Below, piece after piece: positions 55,800-64,000 of a stretch of 64,000 nucleotides of DNA. Position 1 is the first letter of the stretch; each line of letters opens with the position of its first letter. A program made the translations under genes and the position numbers. The DNA is taken from contig CBDEUM010000014.1 of assembly GCA_965242925.1 (NCBI GenBank), positions 544,001-608,000 of the forward strand, in the 5' to 3' direction. Source of the stretch: Roseibacillus sp. (GTDB taxonomy: Bacteria; Verrucomicrobiota; Verrucomicrobiia; Verrucomicrobiales; Akkermansiaceae). The notes beneath the pieces were generated by a model, which did no database searches, was not told where the DNA came from, and saw only the letters and a list, made by a program, of their open reading frames with translations.

Positions 55800-58283
55800 T
55801 CAGTCCACATAAAGAAATTCGTTGGAAAGAAGCAATACTTGAGCGAGCAACGACCACCGCTCAAGGGCCGGGCCCGAGAAGCCCGCCTGCGCCTCGGCCA
55901 GGGGCAGCTTCACCCCTTTCTCCAGAATGACCGGGGCCCAATGAAAACTATCCCAAGCCTCCTCCCCGGTCGATTCAACGAGGAAGTCCACGCTCTCCCC
56001 GGCGGCAACCTGCAAGGTGAGTTCGGTCCCTGATTTTTCTCCGGGCTCTACCCTCCATTTCCCTAGGATCTTGTTGCGCGCCACGATCAGGCCACGCACT
56101 GCATCCCCTTTCCTGGTGGGCCGCGCCAACTCCCCGGAAACCCGGATCGTCGCGTTTTTGGGCGCCACCCAGCGCAGGATGGCCGCATGGTCTCCGTGCC
56201 CCGGGTGCCCCCCGGCAGCGTGCCAGTGGACCCAGCCGGTCTTCTGGTCAGGGAGTTCCGGTCCGCCCTGCCAGACCTTGCCTGTGAAATGTGGAAGGGG
56301 GTGAAACTCAACCCGTCCCGAGTCCCGATGAACCCGCCCGTGGCCATAGCTCCAGGCTCCTGCGCTCTGCTGCATCCCCGCCCCCGCACTGCCGAGAAAC
56401 CGCTGGGCCCGGGCCAGCTCGCCCGGAGAGGGGACCCGCTGGAGAGCCCGAAGATAGAGCGCCACGATCCGGGCCTTCTCGTCCTGATGAGAGGCCGTGG
56501 CCGCCGCGGTCGCCTTCGCCTCCCCATGGAGAAAGGGGCTGTTCATGAGATAGAGGGCCTGGTTGGGGGTAGTGGTGGCGGACCTCTTTACCACCGGCTG
56601 GCTGGAATCAGGAAAGTCGAAGATGCGGAAGAAGGAAGGCGTGTTCTGCCGTTCGATCAATCCGTAGATGGTACGCCGTCCTGGAAATGGCGCCTCATGA
56701 ATCCTGGCCGGGCGGCCACCCAGCTTCCGGTCGAGTCGGCCACTTGCCTGCAAGGTGGTGTCGCGCCAGGATTCAAGGTCCTTCCGGTGCCTGTTACCGC
56801 GGGTATAGTAGCGGTTCTCCGGATCATGTTCGTTCAGCTTGTCGTCCGCAAAACTGCTGTGGCGCCACGCCCGAGAGGTCATGATATGGCGCACGAGGGC
56901 CTTGATGGACCAATCGTGGTTGCGGAGATAGTGGGCCAGATGATCGAGGAGCTCCGCTTGCAGGGGGAGCTGGGCCTGCATTCCGAAATCTCCAGGGGTG
57001 CTCACCAGAGGCGATCCCATCACGTGCATCCAGACCCGGTTGGCGCAAACCCGGGCGGTGAGGGGATTGTCCGGCCTGGTCAGTTCCTGCGCCAGTTCAA
57101 GTCTTCCACTGCCCTTCTCAAAAGCGCGATCCGGGGCGTCGCGGAAGAAGGCGGGAAAGGCCCGCGGAACCTTCGCCCCCCGGTTTCCCTGCTGTCCGCG
57201 CTCGAAAATCACCGGTTCGCGGGGATTGGGCCGATCCCTTACTGCCATGGCCCGCAAGGGGGCATATTCCGATTTTCCTTCCAGCTCATCGAGCTTGGCT
57301 ACAAGCCCCCGATAGTCTCCGCTCTCACTTTGATTAAGTTTTTTGAGAGCTGCCTTGCGATCGAATTTGAGCGGATCAGCAGGCCGTTTATACCCCTTGA
57401 TCTTTCCGGCCGCGTAGTCATGGACGGCGTTGGCGCGCTTGATGAGCTCCTCCCGGAACTTGCGGTAGCCGGGTGAGTCCTCCGGCGTGCTTATAATCGG
57501 TAACTCCCCCTCGGGAACTTCCTCGGTACTGTCGAAGACCCCGTAAATCCCGTAGTAGTCTGCCATGGTGAGCGGATCGCTCTTGTGATCATGGCAACGC
57601 ACGCACTGCATGGTAATCCCCATTGTGCTGCGGAAGGTGACGTCAATACGGTCCGCGATGATAAGGGCGTGCTGGTTGAGGTAGCGCCGGCCAAGGGTGA
57701 GAAAGCCGAGGGCGGCCTGTTCGCGCACGGGGACATCCATCAGATCGGCCGCGATCTGGCGCCGCAGGAACTCGTCATAGGGCAGATCCTCGTTGAGCGA
57801 GCGCACCACCCAGTCCCGGTAGGTGAAGGCGAAGGGAAAGAGCCGCCCAGCGGTGAAGTTGTAACCCTTGGTATCCGCATAGCGCGCCACGTCGAGCCAG
57901 TGGCGGGCCCAGCGTTCCCCGAAGTGCGGAGAAGTCAGTGCCTCATCGACGATTCGCGCGCTCCATGCCGGCAGCGTCCCCCCCTGCGGCGCCAAGGCCC
58001 GCGCTCGAAGGTCGGGATCCGCCTGCAGGCCGGTGATCACATGCCACGCACGGCGGAGAAGAACTTCGCGCGAAGCCTCCGGGACAGGGGAGAGATTCCG
58101 TTCCCGCTGCCGGATGGCAAGCAGCTCGTCGATGGGGTGCCCCTTCCCCGAGAGCGTCGCCCGGGCGAGAGACTGGAATGCCCAGTGCGAGCTGGCCTCA
58201 TCGAGCGACACCCCCCCCGGCGCGGTGATTGGAAGAAGCACCGCGATCCCTAGGAAAACAAGGGCAGGGACTCGCACAGTCAT
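55800..58283 (-). CDS. DUF1549/DUF1553 (PSD1-type) protein with an extra C-terminal insert
   Basis: Signal peptide, HWAFQ, FGERWARHWLDVARYAD, CVRCHDHK, DNPLTARV, RRTIY, SNEFLYVD. Confidence 0.92.
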   Translation of the reverse strand: MTVRVPALVFLGIAVLLPITAPGGVSLDEASSHWAFQSLARATLSGKGHPIDELLAIRQRERNLSPVPEASREVLLRRAWHVITGLQADPDLRARALAPQGGTLPAWSARIVDEALTSPHFGERWARHWLDVARYADTKGYNFTAGRLFPFAFTYRDWVVRSLNEDLPYDEFLRRQIAADLMDVPVREQAALGFLTLGRRYLNQHALIIADRIDVTFRSTMGITMQCVRCHDHKSDPLTMADYYGIYGVFDSTEEVPEGELPIISTPEDSPGYRKFREELIKRANAVHDYAAGKIKGYKRPADPLKFDRKAALKKLNQSESGDYRGLVAKLDELEGKSEYAPLRAMAVRDRPNPREPVIFERGQQGNRGAKVPRAFPAFFRDAPDRAFEKGSGRLELAQELTRPDNPLTARVCANRVWMHVMGSPLVSTPGDFGMQAQLPLQAELLDHLAHYLRNHDWSIKALVRHIMTSRAWRHSSFADDKLNEHDPENRYYTRGNRHRKDLESWRDTTLQASGRLDRKLGGRPARIHEAPFPGRRTIYGLIERQNTPSFFRIFDFPDSSQPVVKRSATTTPNQALYLMNSPFLHGEAKATAAATASHQDEKARIVALYLRALQRVPSPGELARAQRFLGSAGAGMQQSAGAWSYGHGRVHRDSGRVEFHPLPHFTGKVWQGGPELPDQKTGWVHWHAAGGHPGHGDHAAILRWVAPKNATIRVSGELARPTRKGDAVRGLIVARNKILGKWRVEPGEKSGTELTLQVAAGESVDFLVESTGEEAWDSFHWAPVILEKGVKLPLAEAQAGFSGPALERWSLLAQVLLLSNEFLYVD

Positions 58284-58357
58284 TCGAAGTTACGCCCAGA
58301 AAATGCCTGCCCTTTCTCCTTTTCGCAAGAGCAACCGATTGCGCCGCCAGGGAGAGC

Positions 58358-59587
58358 CTAGAAGGATCTGTTGAAAGAGAGCATTAATCCGTGGAACCGC
58401 GACCTGTAGTCGCCCGCCACCAGATTGCCTCCGTCCGCTGCCGCTGTTCTATCCCGGACCGTGCGGTCTGAGAACGCATATTGATAAGCAACGTCGACGG
58501 TCCAGTCTTCCGCCGTGTAGCTCACCCCTGCGCTCAGCCAATGACGGTCGGCATCCGCAATTGCAGGATTGAAGTTTAGATCCGGTTGACTGTTCTCAAT
58601 GAAGATGTAGCCCGCGTTGAAGGCCCAGGTCCTGTTGGGCGCGTAGGTCATCCCGATGCCATACATGAAATTTGATTCCCAGTTAAATGGCAATGGAGTG
58701 TCGGGAGAAAAGGCTTGCCGCAGCGTTGACGTAGCGAGTCGTTTCCAGTTCACCCATTCCACATTGGCTTCGATGGTCCAATGGTTATCCGGCCGGAAGG
58801 CATACCCGACAACCAGCGTATCCGGAGTGACGAGGTCCAGCGACGCCCGGCCATTGGGGAGCCCTACGGCGGGAGCGCCCCCGGAACCCTCCAGGTCGAG
58901 ATCCGTCTTGGCACGATAGGTCACGCCAAAGGAGTGCTGCTGATGCGGATTCCAGAGGAGGGACGCGATCCAGTTGGCCGCTACGTCGTCGCCCTTGAAT
59001 TCAAACTCAGCACCCGGAGCAAGCTGGGGTGCCGCCAACTGTTTAAGAGTCCCATCAGCATAAGTCACCCCGATGCCGCCCCCGATCGAGAGGCTGTCGC
59101 TCAGCTCATACGCCAGGACTCCCCACGCGGTGGCATACTTGAGGTCTGTCTCGGTCGCCACCGCTCCGAACGGCGTCGACGCGCCCCAGTCCGTTCGCAA
59201 TCCGAAGGGCGCATTCAGACCAACCCCGACGGCCAGGCTGTCGTTGAGGGGAGCCGCCACATAGAGCTGGGGGACCGGGATGAACTCCGCATCGTTCTCG
59301 TGAGTCAGTCCATCGATATCAGTCTCCGCCTCAATTCCGAGCCGCACGGCATAGACGCCGGCATGAACCGCGAGGGAATCCAACTGCGTCAAGCCGGCAG
59401 GATTATAATAAATGGCAGATGGCCGGTCGGCAGTTGCCACGAAGGCATTTCCCCGCGAGGCCGCAAAGGGATCCTGCACAGGAATATAAAATCCGTTAGC
59501 CCGGAGATCGGGTTGACCAGACACCAGCAGGGCCGCGGTCAGCACACCTGCGGGAGTCCGGAGGTTCTTAATTTTTGGGAGGTTCAT
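58358..59587 (-). CDS. OmpP1/FadL family outer-membrane transporter
   Basis: ANGF, GNAFVATAD.PSAIYYNPAGL, PFGL.T.W, DADRHW, C-terminal F. Confidence 0.9.
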   Translation of the reverse strand: MNLPKIKNLRTPAGVLTAALLVSGQPDLRANGFYIPVQDPFAASRGNAFVATADRPSAIYYNPAGLTQLDSLAVHAGVYAVRLGIEAETDIDGLTHENDAEFIPVPQLYVAAPLNDSLAVGVGLNAPFGLRTDWGASTPFGAVATETDLKYATAWGVLAYELSDSLSIGGGIGVTYADGTLKQLAAPQLAPGAEFEFKGDDVAANWIASLLWNPHQQHSFGVTYRAKTDLDLEGSGGAPAVGLPNGRASLDLVTPDTLVVGYAFRPDNHWTIEANVEWVNWKRLATSTLRQAFSPDTPLPFNWESNFMYGIGMTYAPNRTWAFNAGYIFIENSQPDLNFNPAIADADRHWLSAGVSYTAEDWTVDVAYQYAFSDRTVRDRTAAADGGNLVAGDYRSRFHGLMLSFNRSF

Positions 59588-59614
59588 GTCTAGGGGTATG
59601 AGCTTGGATTGATC

Positions 59615-59989
59615 TTATTGGGAATCAAAGATGGTGTGTTCCTCGGTGAGGAAGATCGAAGATCGGGAGAGATCGCAGAAGGTGGCCTCATCCTCAATGA
59701 GTTTCTCGTGGGCCGCTGCCCCTTCCGGGGTTTGCATGGCGCCCAACAGTTCCTCATGAGAATTCCACCAGATCTCGGTAATCCCATCGAAAGGCCCGGA
59801 GGCGCCCCGGCCCCCTTGTGCAATCTCGTTGAGGGGGGACTCCAGAAGGTGGCTCTGGACGTATCGCTGCGCCTTCAGGGCCCCCGCAAAACTCTGCACC
59901 AGCGGCCCGTGATTGTCCTTCCAGTAGCGATAAAATTCTTCCGGGGGCATCCCGGCCTTCCGATGGACACAGTAAACAAGTTTAATCAT
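59615..59989 (-). CDS. EthD domain protein
   Basis: MIKL...RKAGM..EEF.RYW...H, RYVQ.H, FDGITEIW, DE..F.D. Confidence 0.9.
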   Translation of the reverse strand: MIKLVYCVHRKAGMPPEEFYRYWKDNHGPLVQSFAGALKAQRYVQSHLLESPLNEIAQGGRGASGPFDGITEIWWNSHEELLGAMQTPEGAAAHEKLIEDEATFCDLSRSSIFLTEEHTIFDSQ

Positions 59990-60034
59990 TTCGATGGAGG
60001 TTGAATGAGGTTATTGGGGTTCAGGGTTGTCCTG

Positions 60035-61237
60035 CTACTCGACGAAGCGCGACCAGAAGAGTTCGTTGCCCACCAGATCGGCTGCCAGTTCCTCAAACGG
60101 GTCATCGGGCGCCCGTTCAATCCGCGACACGTCGAATCCGATCCGCAACCGCGCTTCGGTCCGGTTCGGTTCGGGGAGAAAGTCGATCACTCCCCCATGA
60201 TGAGTGATGCGCATGCAGGCTCCTATGAGATCGAGGGCATGTCTGGAGGGCTCCTCTGCACTGGCGCTCATGGCGGGCGCGAGCACGGACCGCACCGGGC
60301 GCCCCGGAAAGATCAGTTCAAGGCCCGACAGGCACTCCTCCAGACGAACCATGCCTTCTCCCTCCACTACTTTTGCGAGGGCGCTAATAAAAGGGCCGAT
60401 TACGCCCTGAAGATCGCTCAGGGGCCCCGGCCAATCCGGCGGATTGGCCCGCGCCTCGCCCCACTCCAGGGCGGGACTTCCCTCCACCGCGGGCTTGAGG
60501 GCCTCCCCCACCGTGCAGCGGAGTTCAAAGTCCAGTCCCGCGGGACTGGTGAGGTCGGATGGCAGGGACGTATTGACCGCGCCGAGAAATGACAGGTGCC
60601 GCCGATAGAGCTCGCGCCACGAGAGCCCCTCGGATCCGATCGACTCGGGCACCGGCTTCTCATGGGGCTCTTCCGAGAGGCGGACGATCGCCCTGAGAGC
60701 CTCTCCAACGTGGCGGATTCCGGCCTCACGGAAGATGGCCAGGGCCGCAAGGCACACGATGCGATCTGAGGCCGCCAGCATATCCACACTCATCATCTTC
60801 TGGCGCACCAGTTCCTCTCGCTCGAGACGCACCAGGTAAAGTTCCATGGCCCGCTTGAGAGTGACCTCCAGTTCGGGAACCTCCCAGGGCTTGGTTACAT
60901 AACGGTAAATCCCGCCCTTGTTGACAGAAGAAACGGCGGCATCAATGTCCGCGTAGGCCGTGGAAAGAATGCGCACCACCCCAGGCTTGAGAAGGGCGAC
61001 CTTTTCAAGGAATTCGCTTCCGGTTTCATTCGGCATCCGCTGGTCGGTCACCACCACGCCAATCTCGTCCTGGTATTCGCGGAATCGTTCCAGGCCCGCT
61101 ACCCCGTCTTCGGCAAGAACAATGCGGAACGTCTTGCCGAAGAGCTTGGCGAAGTACTTGCGGGTTCGTTGTTCATCATCAACGAAAAGAACAACGTGTT
61201 GCCGGTAATCTGGCGTTTGCAGGCTCATTTCTTCCAA
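60035..61237 (-). CDS. Response regulator (REC) with a degenerate kinase-like C-terminal region
   Basis: LFVDDE, VVTDQRMP, STAY, YVTKPW; C-terminal ITHHGG resembles an HATPase tail. Confidence 0.85.
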   Translation of the reverse strand: MEEMSLQTPDYRQHVVLFVDDEQRTRKYFAKLFGKTFRIVLAEDGVAGLERFREYQDEIGVVVTDQRMPNETGSEFLEKVALLKPGVVRILSTAYADIDAAVSSVNKGGIYRYVTKPWEVPELEVTLKRAMELYLVRLEREELVRQKMMSVDMLAASDRIVCLAALAIFREAGIRHVGEALRAIVRLSEEPHEKPVPESIGSEGLSWRELYRRHLSFLGAVNTSLPSDLTSPAGLDFELRCTVGEALKPAVEGSPALEWGEARANPPDWPGPLSDLQGVIGPFISALAKVVEGEGMVRLEECLSGLELIFPGRPVRSVLAPAMSASAEEPSRHALDLIGACMRITHHGGVIDFLPEPNRTEARLRIGFDVSRIERAPDDPFEELAADLVGNELFWSRFVE

Positions 61238-63999
61238 GCTTCTTCAAGTTCAACCGCGTCAGGGCGGGTCTCGTGCCGGGGCGGGGGACCCGGCTCCGGA
61301 TCTTCGTCCTCCATTTCGCATCCGGAGTCTGCTTGCCCCTGCCAGGGCTGTGGAATCATGACGCTGAATACGGTGAAGTTCCCCGGATCGCTTTCGACCT
61401 CAATCCTCCCATCGTGCGATTCCAGGATCCGGTGACAGATGCTCAGCCCCAGACCCATTCCCTCGCCAACATCCCGCTTCGTAAAGAAGGGATCGAAAAT
61501 GTGGTCCATGTCCTCGGGATCGATTCCCGGCCCGTTGTCCCGCACCCGGATACAAACGTCCTGTTCCCCTTCCCGTTCGGAGGAGACCTCGATCTGAGGC
61601 TGGCCCCCTTGCGCTCTCGCCCCCTCCAGAGCCTGGGCAGAATTCTGGATGATGTTGACCAGGACCTGGCAGAGCTGATTGCCATTGCCGCTGACCCTGT
61701 GGTCCTCCGACACATCCACTTTAAACTCAATGCCCTGCAGCTCGTCGGCCAAAAGCCGGCGTGCATTCTCGACTGCTTCCCTGACGACTACTTCCTCCTT
61801 CATGGCAACCTCGCCCTTGGTGAAGGAGCGCAGGTCGCTGACAATCCGGATCACCCGGCCCACGCCCTCCTCGGCATCCGCAACGGTTTCCTCGAAATCA
61901 GCCCGTTCGCCTTCGGCCACATCCTCGGCGTACATCCTCAGGGCATGCAGTGCCGTCTTTACATAATTCATCGGATTGTTGACCTCGTGCACGATCCCCG
62001 CGCTCATCCGCCCGAGCGAGGACAGGGTTTCCGCCTGCAGCAGCCGGGCTTCGTTCTCCTTGATCTCATCCAGAGCAACATCACGCTCTTCCACCGCCAC
62101 TCGCAACTCCTGGTTGATGATGCCCAGTTCCCGCTGGTACTTCTGCCTGTCGAGAAGGTTGCGAATCCTGAGACGAAGCTCTGCGGTCGTGAAAGGCTTG
62201 GTGAGGAAATCACTCACCCCCGCCTCCAGAGCCTGGATCCTCGGAGTTTCATCCGCCGCCGCGGTCACCAGCAGGATCGGAACCTGGGATGTCAGGTTGT
62301 TCTGGCGCAGGCGTTGCGTCAGGGTGATGCCATCCATCTCCGGCATCATGTAGTCAAGAATGATCAACTGGGGCTGGAACTGCTGGGCCCGTTTCCACGC
62401 CTCCAATCCATCACAGGCCTCGACCACGCCGCAACCCATCTCCTCCACCTCTTCCTTCAGGAAACGCCGCAACCCGTTCTCGTCCTCCGCGATGAGAACC
62501 AGTTCCTTATTGGCGGAGCCTTCCGCGCCGGGGACCCCCGTGACGGCCGGGTCGAGGAGCGAGGGAGCGCTGTCCATGGTGCCCAGCGCTCCCCTGATGC
62601 GGGCCCTGTTGTGGATCTCGGTCAGCGGATCCTCCTCGTCTGACACCTCGGTTTCAGAGTTGCCGGGTGACACCAGGAGAGGGACGGAAATGGTAAACTT
62701 CGTCCCTTTTCCGTACTCGCTCTCGATTTCGATCGCGCCATCCATCGATTCGGTCAGGCTCTTCACCAAGGCTAGGCCGATCCCGACCCCGTGGTGCTTC
62801 TTGGCCGCGGAGGTATCAGCCTGCCAGAATCGCTCGAAGGCCGAATTGACCTGGTCCTCCTTCATCCCCGCGCCATTATCGGCCACCTTGAGGATCAATC
62901 GTCCACTTTCAAGTCCCGCGGAGAGAGAGACCTCCCCGCCGGTCGGGGTGAACTTGAGGGCATTTACCGCGAGGTTGAGAACAATCTTCTCCAGGCGATC
63001 GCGATCGAGATACACTTCCTCCTCTTCGCCGCAGGCCGCGTTCCAGCCAAGGTTGATCCGCTTCCGGTCAGCCATGGGCTGAAGGTTGCGGCCGAGCCCA
63101 TCAATGAACGTGAACGGGCGGAAACACTCCGGTCGCATCGGCATGTCGCCACTGTCCATGCGCACGAGGTCGAGGATGTCATTGATGAGACGGAGGAGCC
63201 TCATGCCGTTGTCCTCCAGGCCCTCCACCAGTTCAGCAAGCTGGGCATCGTTGCGCACCGCGTTCAGGTTGTGCATCTTCTCGATAGGCGCGAGAATGAG
63301 CGTGAGCGGGGTGCGGAGCTCATGGCTGATATTGGCGAAGAACCTGGTCTTTGCCTCGTCGAGATCCTGGAGTTTACGGTGGTTTTCCGCCAGTTCCTCC
63401 TGCTGAGCCACTACCTCCTCCCGCAGACAGAACTCGGCGAATCGAAGCCGGTTATAAAAATAGAGGCCGATGCATACAAACGCTGCCGTGACGAACAGAA
63501 AAAAGAGCGCAATGGTAATGTTCTCGACGCTGCTTTCCGTTCCGAAAGCGACTCCCAGATAGCCGACGATGCAGAGCAGGGAGTTGATCAGTCCATCGAC
63601 ACACCTCCATCGCAGGAGCAAAACCGCACCAACCATAACCAGATTGAGCCCCGCGTAGTACGGCGAGCCGCCCCCTCCGGTTTCCACCAGCATTCCGTGG
63701 ATTGTCACCATCGGGATCAGCGCAACAAGATGGCCAAGGAGGTGAAGGATCCGACGCGACCCGCTGCGAACCCGATAGAGAAGAAATAACACGAAGAGCA
63801 ATCCGGAGGAACAGGCCATGCGCAGCATGAACAGTCTGCCCACCACCCCCTCATAGCCCGGGGTGGAAGAATCCCCAAAGGCCACCAGGTCCATGCCCGC
63901 CCCGAGGGCGATGAACAAGGCCGCCAGAAACGCCCCCCGCCGATAGTTCAGCAGGCGGACCTCGTCCTCCTGGACCTCGAACCGCTCCTGCAACGACAT
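61225..63999 (-). CDS. Membrane hybrid sensor kinase (TM-HisKA-HATPase-REC-HisKA-HATPase); may extend beyond the window
   Basis: Several TM helices; NISHELRTPL, NALKFT, DNGAG, GVGIGL; REC motifs AEDE, LDYMMP, TKP; second kinase GIVHEVNNP, DNGPG, FFTK, GMGLGL. Confidence 0.93.
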   Translation of the reverse strand: MSLQERFEVQEDEVRLLNYRRGAFLAALFIALGAGMDLVAFGDSSTPGYEGVVGRLFMLRMACSSGLLFVLFLLYRVRSGSRRILHLLGHLVALIPMVTIHGMLVETGGGGSPYYAGLNLVMVGAVLLLRWRCVDGLINSLLCIVGYLGVAFGTESSVENITIALFFLFVTAAFVCIGLYFYNRLRFAEFCLREEVVAQQEELAENHRKLQDLDEAKTRFFANISHELRTPLTLILAPIEKMHNLNAVRNDAQLAELVEGLEDNGMRLLRLINDILDLVRMDSGDMPMRPECFRPFTFIDGLGRNLQPMADRKRINLGWNAACGEEEEVYLDRDRLEKIVLNLAVNALKFTPTGGEVSLSAGLESGRLILKVADNGAGMKEDQVNSAFERFWQADTSAAKKHHGVGIGLALVKSLTESMDGAIEIESEYGKGTKFTISVPLLVSPGNSETEVSDEEDPLTEIHNRARIRGALGTMDSAPSLLDPAVTGVPGAEGSANKELVLIAEDENGLRRFLKEEVEEMGCGVVEACDGLEAWKRAQQFQPQLIILDYMMPEMDGITLTQRLRQNNLTSQVPILLVTAAADETPRIQALEAGVSDFLTKPFTTAELRLRIRNLLDRQKYQRELGIINQELRVAVEERDVALDEIKENEARLLQAETLSSLGRMSAGIVHEVNNPMNYVKTALHALRMYAEDVAEGERADFEETVADAEEGVGRVIRIVSDLRSFTKGEVAMKEEVVVREAVENARRLLADELQGIEFKVDVSEDHRVSGNGNQLCQVLVNIIQNSAQALEGARAQGGQPQIEVSSEREGEQDVCIRVRDNGPGIDPEDMDHIFDPFFTKRDVGEGMGLGLSICHRILESHDGRIEVESDPGNFTVFSVMIPQPWQGQADSGCEMEDEDPEPGPPPRHETRPDAVELEEAWKK

Positions 64000-64000
64000 C

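Overview
A GC-rich, gene-dense bacterial window. The gene content (nine sulfatases, two DUF1501 + DUF1549/DUF1553 pairs) points to a PVC-superphylum organism, probably Verrucomicrobiota; this is inference. Left to right: a 3'-truncated GHMP sugar-kinase/UDP-sugar-pyrophosphorylase fusion missed by the ORF track, with a degenerate GalU-like partner; a sulfatase cluster that includes a sulfatase-GH43 fusion, a lactonase and two collapsed gene remnants; AlgI/AlgJ-type O-acetylation genes; MscS; a SWIM-SNF2 helicase; a secreted metallophosphoesterase; a selenocysteine-containing SelD (in-frame UGA plus a SECIS-like hairpin); a GH-A/GT2 fusion; queA; an S41 peptidase; the SRP RNA (ffs); LemA/DUF3137; a VKOR-thioredoxin fusion; a tandem pair of secreted Lon-protease-domain paralogues (one intact, one lacking the catalytic residues); and a hybrid double kinase, response regulator, EthD and FadL-like signalling module at the right edge. 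I found no tRNA, rRNA, CRISPR array or transposase. All family assignments come from motif recognition by eye, not database searches.
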